Below the pieces are notes generated by a model. That model was not told the origin of the DNA. It did no database searches and saw only the letters and a list, made by a program, of their open reading frames with translations. 52,322 bases of DNA from Candidatus Omnitrophota bacterium. GTDB taxonomy: Bacteria; Omnitrophota; Gorgyraeia; Gygaellales; Profunditerraquicolaceae. Location of the stretch: contig QNCD01000003.1 in NCBI GenBank assembly GCA_003644385.1, positions 1 through 52,322 on the forward strand, in the 5' to 3' direction. Position numbers and translations under genes: made by a program. This document shows, piece by piece, positions 41,230 through 48,565 of this stretch (positions are counted from its first letter, which is position 1; each line of letters starts with the position of its first letter).

Positions 41230-41273
41230 AAAAAAAGACGGCCGCCAATATGAAATTAGCAGACGTCTTTGTC
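41230..41273 (-). promoter_or_regulatory. gdhA 5' leader attenuator: ANTAR-like hairpin overlapping a terminator
   Basis: Minus strand GAC-AAAGAC-GTC (41273-41262) shares bases with the 5' arm of the stem AAAGACGTCTGCTAAT/ATTGGCGGCCGTCTTT, which ends in a T7 run; TTGACA upstream. Confidence 0.6.
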
Positions 41274-41416
41274 TTATTAAATCTATCAAAGAAAGTATAA
41301 CATAGAATACTGCCTTGTCAAGCAAAAAGGTAACCCTTTCTGAAAATAAAGAATATATGCTTTAGTTAAAAATTCCTGTTAGATTTTAGCTGATTTTACG
41401 TCTATTATAAGTAAGG

Positions 41417-41621
41417 GCGCAAATTACGTACGAAACGTTAGCAATCGTAAATTGCGCGCCCGAACTTATCCCGGGCTTCAATCTATTGATAGAAAGAAGC
41501 GAGGGATCTCCTTCGCCATTTATAAATAAAATAGAGCGGCTCGGGAGTAATTCCAAAACGCCGATAAACAGCTAAATGCCGTACGCTGTAACTTACGTAG
41601 TGCCCAGCACAACGTAAATTA
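41417..41621. repeat. Cluster of stem-loop elements upstream of comM
   Basis: GCGCAAATTACG / CGTAAATTGCGC (41417-41457); multi-stem element 41462-41553; TAACTTACGT / ACGTAAATTA (41589-41621). Confidence 0.55.
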
Positions 41622-41642
41622 TCTGCTCATTTAAGGAGGTGC

Positions 41643-43208
41643 GTGATGTTAGCCAAAGTACTCAGTTTCGGTTTATGCGGAATAGAGGCGTATCCTATTG
41701 AAATAGAAGTAGATGTTTCAAACGGCCTACCCACATTATCATTAGTGGGACTTGCTGATACCACTATAAAAGAAAGTAAGCAGCGGGTTAAATCAGCAGT
41801 AAAAAATTCAGGTTTTAAATGGCCGGAAGGAAGAATTACCATAAACCTCGCCCCTTCGGACTTGAAAAAAGAGGGAGCCTGTTACGACCTACCCATTGCC
41901 CTGGGTATATTGGCGGGGAGCGGACAACTAAACAGTGAAAACTTAAATATTTATTATATTTTTGGTCAATTATCTCTAGATGGCTCACTGCAACCAATAA
42001 GAGGGATATTACCTATCAGCATGGAAATCGCAAAATCCCTACATATTCACGAAACTCCTTTATCATTAAAAAAGGAAAACCTTATTGTCCCCCTGCAAAA
42101 TGCTAAAGAGGCAGGGTTAGTGCCAGGGGTCAAAGTTTGGCCGCTAAAAACATTAAGGGAAACAGTAGAGTTTCTCAATAATCGAAGTATGGCTATGCCA
42201 TTAAAATTAAATTTTAAAAATTTGTTTGAGCAGAATTCGCGGTATAGAATAGATTTCTCTGAAGTTAAGGCTCAATTTTTAGCCAAAAGGGCAATTGAGG
42301 TTGCCGTGGCTGGAGGCCACAACATCTTGATGATCGGCCCACCCGGAAGCGGCAAGACTATGCTCGCCAAAAGGATCCCTACAATTATGCCTGATTTAAC
42401 ATTAAATGAAGCGTTAGAATTAACTAAAATACATTCTATTGCGGGGACGCTGCCCAAAAATGAAGGCATAATGGCCACCCGGCCTTTTAGAAGCCCGCAC
42501 CATAGTGCATCTGATGTAGCGTTAGTAGGCGACGGGTCAATCCCTCAGCCAGGAGAAATAAGCCTGGCACACCAGGGTGTTCTATTCTTAGATGAATTGC
42601 CGGAATTCCAGCGCAGTTCTTTAGAAGCTTTAAGGCAACCCCTTGAGGAAGGATTAATACGCGTTTGCCGTATCAAAAAATCATTTGTATTTCCTGCCTC
42701 TTTTATGTTAGCAGCAGCTATGAACCCCTGCAAGTGTGGCCATTTTAACGACCTTAAATCTTCCTGCAGGTGCACGCCAAATGAAATTTACAAATATCGC
42801 GCTAAAATATCCGGTCCTTTATTGGATAGAATAGACATACATCTTGAAGTACCTGCTGTGCGTTATCAAGAACTAACATCCAGAGTGCCTACTGAAAGCT
42901 CTGCTCAAATAAAAGAAAGGGTAAATAAGGCGCGTGAGATTCAAAGAAAAAGGTTAAAAAATGAAGGAATTTTATGCAATGCTCAAATGTCTCATAAGCA
43001 GGTACGCAAATTCTGCGAATTAGGCAAAGAGGAAAATGAGCTTTTGAAGATGGCGATGACAGAACTTAATTTTAGCGCCAGGGCATACGACAAAATACTG
43101 AAAACCTCAAGGACTATCGCTGATTTAGGCGATTCTGAAAATATCTCAACAGAGCATTTGTCAGAGGCGATTCAGTACCGCTCTTTAGATAGAGATTTCT
43201 TCCTTTAA
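41643..43208 (+). CDS. comM: YifB/ComM Mg-chelatase-like AAA+ ATPase
   Basis: IEVDVSNGLP, ITINLAPSDLKKEG, GPPGSGKTMLA, RPFRSPHH, LFLDELPEF, AAMNPCKCG, SGPLLDRID, SARAYDKI, EAIQYR. Confidence 0.96.
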   Translation: MMLAKVLSFGLCGIEAYPIEIEVDVSNGLPTLSLVGLADTTIKESKQRVKSAVKNSGFKWPEGRITINLAPSDLKKEGACYDLPIALGILAGSGQLNSENLNIYYIFGQLSLDGSLQPIRGILPISMEIAKSLHIHETPLSLKKENLIVPLQNAKEAGLVPGVKVWPLKTLRETVEFLNNRSMAMPLKLNFKNLFEQNSRYRIDFSEVKAQFLAKRAIEVAVAGGHNILMIGPPGSGKTMLAKRIPTIMPDLTLNEALELTKIHSIAGTLPKNEGIMATRPFRSPHHSASDVALVGDGSIPQPGEISLAHQGVLFLDELPEFQRSSLEALRQPLEEGLIRVCRIKKSFVFPASFMLAAAMNPCKCGHFNDLKSSCRCTPNEIYKYRAKISGPLLDRIDIHLEVPAVRYQELTSRVPTESSAQIKERVNKAREIQRKRLKNEGILCNAQMSHKQVRKFCELGKEENELLKMAMTELNFSARAYDKILKTSRTIADLGDSENISTEHLSEAIQYRSLDRDFFL

Positions 43209-43523
43209 ACCAAGAATGGCTTTGAGTTTTTCTTGGGTTCTTCTATAGGGGTTTTATATTTCTTGCCTCCCAATTATATACTGTGGTTTCAGTAACCCCT
43301 ACTCGCCTGGCAAGCTTTTTCATCGTAATACCTAAATCCATACGTCTTTTCTGATTCTCTCGCCAATCTTATGATGCTTCGGATATCGAGGATTAAACTC
43401 AAAGCGATTAACTTCGATTTCAAGAGTATAAAATAATCTGCCTTTAGAATCATCTCTAAAACTCATTAGACTCTTCCTTTCTAAAAAGAAAGTCCGCATT
43501 TTAAAAATGCGGTCTCTTGCCAA
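43185..43523 (-). pseudogene. XRE-family HTH regulator remnant (left copy)
   Basis: TLEIEVNRFEFNPRYPKHHKIGERIRK / RMDLGITMKKLARRVGVTETTVYNWEARNIKP / YRRTQEKLKAILGL; shifts near 43348 and 43250. Confidence 0.75.
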
Positions 43524-43563
43524 ATCTATTTAATATGTTAATCGGCTATTTTTAATTACCTTA

Positions 43564-43872
43564 TTAAAATAACTGAAATAGCTGCTGATAATAGCTAAAT
43601 ACACTCTTCAAAGAATTAACAAAGATCACACCTAATAGATAGCTCAGGATAATAACGACAGAACTTATAATGGCTTTTTGTTTTTTATCAAAACGGGGAT
43701 TGAATCACACTAAGGGTAACATAAACGTGCCGATACACAAAAATGCTATTATCAAGATATGGGTTTTGAAATACCATTTTTCAATTGGCCTTTTATTTAA
43801 GAATTCTCCACAGTGCTTACATTTTATAGCGCCATTTTGTATCTCTTCAGCACAGTAAGGACATTTTTTCAT
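43564..43872 (-). pseudogene. Zinc-ribbon membrane protein with an in-frame TGA
   Basis: [25 protein letters not shown]...[49 protein letters not shown]...; TGA at 43705-43707; frame continues to TAA at 43564. Confidence 0.75.
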
Positions 43873-43895
43873 ATTGTATACCTATTAAAAACTTT

Positions 43896-44105
43896 CTATA
43901 AATCGAAATCCCTTCTATCACTTATGCGTTTAAGGCAAATGTTTTGCGCTATTTCTCTTCTTAATCTTTTAATGTCTTCATCATTTATATGTTGATCTTT
44001 AATATTGATGTCTGTTAGCTTTGCCTTATATGCAAGCTTACCAATCATATAAAACTTATCGGTAAAATCTTTTTTAAGTCCGCCTCCGCACTTTCTTATT
44101 TCCAT
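43896..44105 (-). CDS. Hypothetical protein, possibly the 3' part of a decayed gene
   Basis: 69-aa ORF without recognisable motif; upstream frames are interrupted. Confidence 0.3.
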   Translation of the reverse strand: MEIRKCGGGLKKDFTDKFYMIGKLAYKAKLTDINIKDQHINDEDIKRLRREIAQNICLKRISDRRDFDL

Positions 44106-44241
44106 CTCTATATAATATAATACTAACGTTAAAACCCTGCAGATATGCCGGAAGGGATATTCTCACGATTTTTGTTTATTCTTTGTTTAATCCGTTCTAT
44201 ATCTTTTTTAAATTCCATACCATATGAAAGATAACTGTTTT

Positions 44242-44574
44242 CTATTCTTTTGATTTAATGACCTTGTTTACTGCAACAATAGCAATGCTTCCGACCCCTT
44301 CCTGTGTAAAATCAATCTTTTCCTCTGTAAGTAATTTATTAAATTGCGCCAAGAAATCCTTTTGGTCAATTAAGGCTAATATGGTCTTACAGGCAGCTCT
44401 TTTCTCTCCAATCATCTGCCGTAATCCGGCAAATATAGGCACTTCATGCGCTAAATAGTCTCCGAGTCTCTCGCCATCTTGGATAATTGCATCGGAAATT
44501 TCTAATTCTGCTAAAATAGATAATATCGGCTCAAGGTATTCTTCTTTATTAAGCACAATCACCATAAGTTCCAT
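44242..44574 (-). CDS. PII-like (GlnB-fold) small protein
   Basis: 110 aa: MELMVIVLNKEEYLEPIL...EVPIFAGLR...KTILALI...GVGSIAIVAV; GGAGG RBS; follows the antiporter gene. Confidence 0.7.
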   Translation of the reverse strand: MELMVIVLNKEEYLEPILSILAELEISDAIIQDGERLGDYLAHEVPIFAGLRQMIGEKRAACKTILALIDQKDFLAQFNKLLTEEKIDFTQEGVGSIAIVAVNKVIKSKE

Positions 44575-44591
44575 TGTATCCCTCCAATATT

Positions 44592-45788
44592 TTATTTGGC
44601 TTTACCAATTTCTCCGGCCTTTGAGATAGCAAATTTCGTCGCTATAGGCCCTATTATTTCAAAAATTATTGTAGTTGCCGCAATAGTATTTATTACAGCT
44701 ACAGCTAAATCTTTCCCCGTAGCCCCGAGAGAACCAAATTCTCTTGTTGCCAGTATAGCAAATCCTATTGCAACACCGGCCTGCGAAAGAATGCCGAGCC
44801 CTAAATATTTTCTAATAACAGGGGCGGATTTGGATATAGTGGCTCCGAAATAGGCACCGCCCATAAGCCCTAATATCCTGCATACGATATAGATTAGACC
44901 CAATAGCCCAATTGCTGGAAGAAGACCAATCTGTAAATGCGCACCGGCTATAACAAAGAATACAATATAAATGGGAAGGGTGATTAACTGTGTCGCCTGA
45001 TATGTTCTTCGATTCGCCAGTAAGAATGTGTTAGCGAATATCATCCCTAAGCTCAAATTTGCCAAAATTAACGAGAAATTAAAACATTTAGACAGACCCG
45101 TGCAAAGTATTATGCAACCCAAGGCTATGACTAATATTTCGCTTTTATTATAAACCTTGCGTATAGAATATCCAAGTAAAAGTCCCATAAGTCCACCCAA
45201 AAGAATAGCTCCACCTATTTCAATAACTGGTTTCCCAATAGTATTAATTAGAGACATATTATCGCCTGTTATAAAAACTTTCGCTAAACCTGATGCAAAT
45301 GCATAAATTATAATAGCTAACCCGTCATCGAGTCCGACAACAGCATAAAGTGAATTCGTTAGAGGACCTTTTGCCTTATATTCTTGTAAAACCACGGCCG
45401 TTCCCGCTGGCGCTGATGCAGGCGCCATAGCTCCGAAAATAAGCGCTAAATATATCTTATGGGTTAATAGGTAAACACCCAGCGCGACAAGCAGAAATGC
45501 TCCAAAAGATTCTGAAAATATAATGGTAATTATACCTTTTCCCATTTTCCGGAGCGTGCTAATACGCATTTCACAACCAATGACAAAAGCAACCAATCCC
45601 AAAGCCAAATCATTAAAGACTCCCATTTTCCCCAAGATGCCGATATTTAGAATATTGGTAAAGGAAGGCCCCAGTAGAAGGCCTGCAATAAGATATCCGA
45701 CAACAGACGGCAACCTAAATTTGTTGCTAAATTTGCCTCCGAGGAATCCTGCGATGATAGAAGTGCCTACAAATACCAATATATCCAT
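44592..45788 (-). CDS. Cation:proton antiporter (CPA2 / Na_H_Exchanger)
   Basis: LPSVVGYLIAGLLLGP, AFVIGCE, ASAPA, VGLDDG, FFVIAGAHL, SQAGVAIG, EIIGP; no cytoplasmic RCK tail. Confidence 0.92.
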   Translation of the reverse strand: MDILVFVGTSIIAGFLGGKFSNKFRLPSVVGYLIAGLLLGPSFTNILNIGILGKMGVFNDLALGLVAFVIGCEMRISTLRKMGKGIITIIFSESFGAFLLVALGVYLLTHKIYLALIFGAMAPASAPAGTAVVLQEYKAKGPLTNSLYAVVGLDDGLAIIIYAFASGLAKVFITGDNMSLINTIGKPVIEIGGAILLGGLMGLLLGYSIRKVYNKSEILVIALGCIILCTGLSKCFNFSLILANLSLGMIFANTFLLANRRTYQATQLITLPIYIVFFVIAGAHLQIGLLPAIGLLGLIYIVCRILGLMGGAYFGATISKSAPVIRKYLGLGILSQAGVAIGFAILATREFGSLGATGKDLAVAVINTIAATTIIFEIIGPIATKFAISKAGEIGKAK

Positions 45789-45804
45789 AATCTTCTAACT
45801 CTTC

Positions 45805-46635
45805 CTATGATTCAACTTTTCTAAATTCATCCAGGATTTCTTTGGGATTCGAAGCTGCCAGAAGTCTTTTTCTGAAATCCTCTTTTTGCAAAAGTCTGCT
45901 TAAGTGAGCAAGAAGCTTCAGATACGCACTTAATTTTTTCTTTGCAGGTGTGCCGATTAAAAATACAAGCTTAACCGGTCTTTTATCTATAGCATCAAAG
46001 TCAAATCCTTCTTTAGACCTCCCAAAAGCGATAACAACGTCTTCCACGGTATCGGTACGGGCATGTGGGACAGCGACTTCATATCCAATACCTGTTGAAA
46101 CCATCTTCTCTCGAGTGAATACCGCAGAAACAAATCCTTCAAAATCAACGATATCTTTTTCTTTTTTAAGAATCTCTGCCAGTTCTTTAATTACATCTTC
46201 TTTTGTCCGTCCTTTTAAATCAAGCAAAATGTTTTCTTCTTTGAGATATTCGCAAAGTTTCATTTTGACATTCTCCTCTCTTTTCTGTGTGTAAAATGAA
46301 CCCTTCTCCAAATGTTTTACTTTTACATAAGGTAGTGTGCAAACAAAAGCCTTTTCGTTAAAATTCCTCCATCTTGAGGAAGATGTGTCATCTTCAAGAT
46401 GATTCATAATCCGTTCTATTTTTTTCTCATCGTCTACAAGGGCTATAAGGGCCTTGTCGTATTCCTTTGAAAGACCTCCTTTCCGAAATCCAAGGGTGCC
46501 CGCCGAATCACCCTCTAATAGAGAGCCGATTCCATTCCGCCTAATAATAGTTACGTCTGGAATTTTTTCCTTCTGTATAAGTGGCATAATCGATTGAAGA
46601 TAATTCTCATTTTTATGCATTATAACCAATAACAT
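45805..46635 (-). CDS. PII-like domain fused to PTS EIIA (Fru/Ntr type)
   Basis: Start ATG 46635 after GGGAGG. N half resembles the 44242 protein (MLLVIMHKNENYL...YDKALIALV...AFVCTLP); C half is EIIA: REKMVSTGIGYEVAVPHAR...FDAIDKRPVKLVF. Confidence 0.82.
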   Translation of the reverse strand: MLLVIMHKNENYLQSIMPLIQKEKIPDVTIIRRNGIGSLLEGDSAGTLGFRKGGLSKEYDKALIALVDDEKKIERIMNHLEDDTSSSRWRNFNEKAFVCTLPYVKVKHLEKGSFYTQKREENVKMKLCEYLKEENILLDLKGRTKEDVIKELAEILKKEKDIVDFEGFVSAVFTREKMVSTGIGYEVAVPHARTDTVEDVVIAFGRSKEGFDFDAIDKRPVKLVFLIGTPAKKKLSAYLKLLAHLSRLLQKEDFRKRLLAASNPKEILDEFRKVES

Positions 46636-46690
46636 GGCATCCTCCCGCGTTAAAAATGACTTTCCGTCAAATTTATAGTTCTCTACAGAA

Positions 46691-47002
46691 TCAAAGGATG
46701 GGAGGAGAGTGATTAAATAAGTCGGAATAAAAGAATAAGTAAGTACTAGAATGGTTGTGTCCAAATAAAGTAACGAAAGAATTGAGGGGATGTATTGAAT
46801 GGGTTAAAATAGGAACATCTGTGTCTGGAAAAAAGTCAACAGGATGATAATCCTTTTTGTTAGATTTGATTTCTTTGATTTCGCAAATCTCTTCTCTGCT
46901 TTCGGCCTCTTGACATATAGGAGTAACCATATGCAAACTGAATTCCGGAAGCATGACGATTAATAATACAAAATTTACTAACAAAGTCTTGTGTTTGTTC
47001 AT
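46691..47002 (-). CDS. Hypothetical protein
   Basis: 103-aa ORF between the two EIIA genes with a hydrophobic N terminus; no motif recognised. Confidence 0.35.
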   Translation of the reverse strand: MNKHKTLLVNFVLLIVMLPEFSLHMVTPICQEAESREEICEIKEIKSNKKDYHPVDFFPDTDVPILTHSIHPLNSFVTLFGHNHSSTYLFFYSDLFNHSPPIL

Positions 47003-47020
47003 CGTAATCTTCTGGGTTAT

Positions 47021-47728
47021 CTAAATCTGATTGCCGGCATACATATGTTCTCTGTCGAATAGCAATAATATTTGGGTTATTTCGTCCTTAGTTTCTGCCT
47101 GTAATAATTTTTTTATAACGCCGGGCATGTGAAAAAATTTAGCAATTTTTGCCAATAATCTAATATGAGTATATTCATTAGAAGTGCATGGCATAAAGAA
47201 AATATGAACGGGCTTCTTATCAGCTGAATCGCAATCAATCCCATTTTTAGAAAGCAAAATAACTATCTTAGATTCTACAAACAAATCTGGAGAAGGATGC
47301 CGAGGATGAGGAATAGCTATACCATTACCTATAGCTGTACTCAAAAATTTCTCTCTTTTTTTAAGTTCACTAAGAAGTTTCTCTTGCGAAGGAGTCAAGC
47401 CTTCTGTATGGGCAATTTTCGCTAATTTCTCAAGAACCGCGTCTATATCTTTTGCTTTTGAATCTAACTCAATCAGATTATGATTTGTCATTCTCGATAA
47501 GGGAATGATATCAACCTCGGTTTTGATTACCGAATCCAATTCCTCATCAGGTGCTTCTGATAGATCCTTTAATAAAAAATTATCGATGGCTTTCAAATGA
47601 AATCGCCATTGGTTGCCAATTTTTACTCCAGGCAGATGGCCGCTCTGAGCCATCTTTATTATGGTTTTTTCATTCAACTTCAGATATTCCGCCAACTCCT
47701 GCGTGGTAAAAACCTTATTTTGCTCCAT
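47021..47728 (-). CDS. Excisionase-like HTH_17 domain fused to PTS EIIA(Ntr) (PtsN-like)
   Basis: FTTQELAEYLKLNEKTIIKMAQSGHLPGVKIGNQWRF; REKFLSTAIGNGIAIPHPR. Confidence 0.92.
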   Translation of the reverse strand: MEQNKVFTTQELAEYLKLNEKTIIKMAQSGHLPGVKIGNQWRFHLKAIDNFLLKDLSEAPDEELDSVIKTEVDIIPLSRMTNHNLIELDSKAKDIDAVLEKLAKIAHTEGLTPSQEKLLSELKKREKFLSTAIGNGIAIPHPRHPSPDLFVESKIVILLSKNGIDCDSADKKPVHIFFMPCTSNEYTHIRLLAKIAKFFHMPGVIKKLLQAETKDEITQILLLFDREHMYAGNQI

Positions 47729-47775
47729 ATCCGTATATTAACCTATTTTAACTTAAACTGACTTACTTTAACCCA

Positions 47776-47804
47776 AGTATGCCATATCTCTCATTTTCTG
47801 TCAA
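47776..47804 (-). promoter_or_regulatory. Sigma70 promoter of the EIIA-antiporter operon
   Basis: Minus strand TTGACA (47804-47799) N17 CATACT (47781-47776). Confidence 0.65.
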
Positions 47805-47816
47805 GAGTAAAAACGA

Positions 47817-48094
47817 TTATCCCTCAATAAAATTAAACGCACGAGAAAAATGCCTTTTGGCTGGTTGCAAGCCTCTTAATTCACAATTAATAACCGTCCT
47901 CAGGGGTCACGCCTATGATCTCTGCAATCTCTTTTATATACAGGCCCTTATCCATACGGGCTTTTCTGAGCTTCTCGCCTAGATTTTGGGAGTTCTTAGG
48001 GTAATCAGGGTTGAATTCGTTCAAATTCAGGCTTAATTCAAGCTTAATTCAAGCTCATAAACAAAAGGAGTGTTGCTATTATGTGCATCAGGGT
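47817..48094 (-). pseudogene. XRE-family HTH regulator remnant (right copy)
   Basis: NPDAHNSNTPFVYELELS / LNLNEFNPDYPKNSQNLGEKLRKARMDKGLYIKEIAEIIGVTPE / TVINCELRGLQPAKRHFSRAFNFIEG*; broken by an 11-bp duplication (AATTCAAGCTT, ~48035-48055) and a 1-nt shift near 47898. Confidence 0.75.
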
Positions 48095-48560
48095 TGCCCG
48101 TGCGGTTATTATACCGATTCCAGGAAAGCCTGTAAATGCAGCCCGGGTAAAATCCAAAATTATATGAATAAAATATCCGGCCCCCTTTTAGACAGGATAG
48201 ATATCCATATAGAACTACCTGCCTTAAAATATAAAGAGTTAAGCCAGAGAGAAGAAAATGAATCATCCGACATAATTAAAGCCCGGGTGGAAAAAGCACG
48301 AGTTATCCAAAGGCAGAGGTTAAATCCGAAGGTATCCCTTACAATGCCCAGATGAATACTAAATTAATAAAAAACATTGTCTCTTGGAAAATGAGACCCA
48401 AAGACTGCTAGGGATGGCAATGACAGAATTAGGATTTTCGGCAAGGGCTTATAACAAAATTTTAAAGGTTTCCCGCACCATTGCTGACTTGGCAGGTAAT
48501 AATAGCATCTATCCGCAACACATCTCTGAAGTAATACAATATAGGAGTTTGGATAAATAA
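48095..48560 (+). pseudogene. comM: Orphan 3' third of comM, two frameshifts
   Basis: CPCGYYTDSRKACKC...KISGPLLDRIDIHIELP...QRQR / KSEGIPYNAQMNTKLIK / HCLLE...MAMTELGFSARAYNKILKVSRTIADL...EVIQYRSLDK*; 1-nt losses near 48320 and 48372. Confidence 0.92.
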
Positions 48561-48565
48561 ATAGT

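Larger units (their letters stand above)
42729..48094. mobile_element. Genomic island integrated in comM with duplication/replacement of the comM 3' end; no recombinase inside
   Basis: A second comM 3' end begins at 48095 at the same codon (first Cys of MNP-CxCG) as 42729 in the intact gene; the interval holds pseudogenes and accessory cargo. Confidence 0.75.

Noticed and set aside
43705-43707. In-frame TGA at a probable Trp position, suggesting UGA recoding
   Set aside because: TGA is a normal stop elsewhere (e.g. msbA, accA), core genes have no internal TGA, and neighbouring island genes are also decayed.
47021-47728. Excisionase-like HTH as the island's recombination directionality factor
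   Set aside because: It is fused to EIIA in a common HTH_17-PtsN architecture and heads the cargo operon; nothing links it to excision.
44131-47871. Short matches to the junction core (AACCCTGCA near 44133; GGTTGCAAG near 47863) as extra att sites
   Set aside because: Nine-bp matches are expected by chance, and no comM fragment follows either.
48014-48056. Tandem AATTCAAGCTT-like units as a possible mini-CRISPR or iteron array
   Set aside because: The units are 11 bp with no spacers and no cas or rep gene; a local duplication inside the HTH remnant explains them.
48011-48355. 114-aa ORF as an independent Mg-chelatase-like gene
   Set aside because: Its first ~28 codons are unrelated island sequence; the rest is the frameshifted comM tail, which lacks the Walker A and B motifs.
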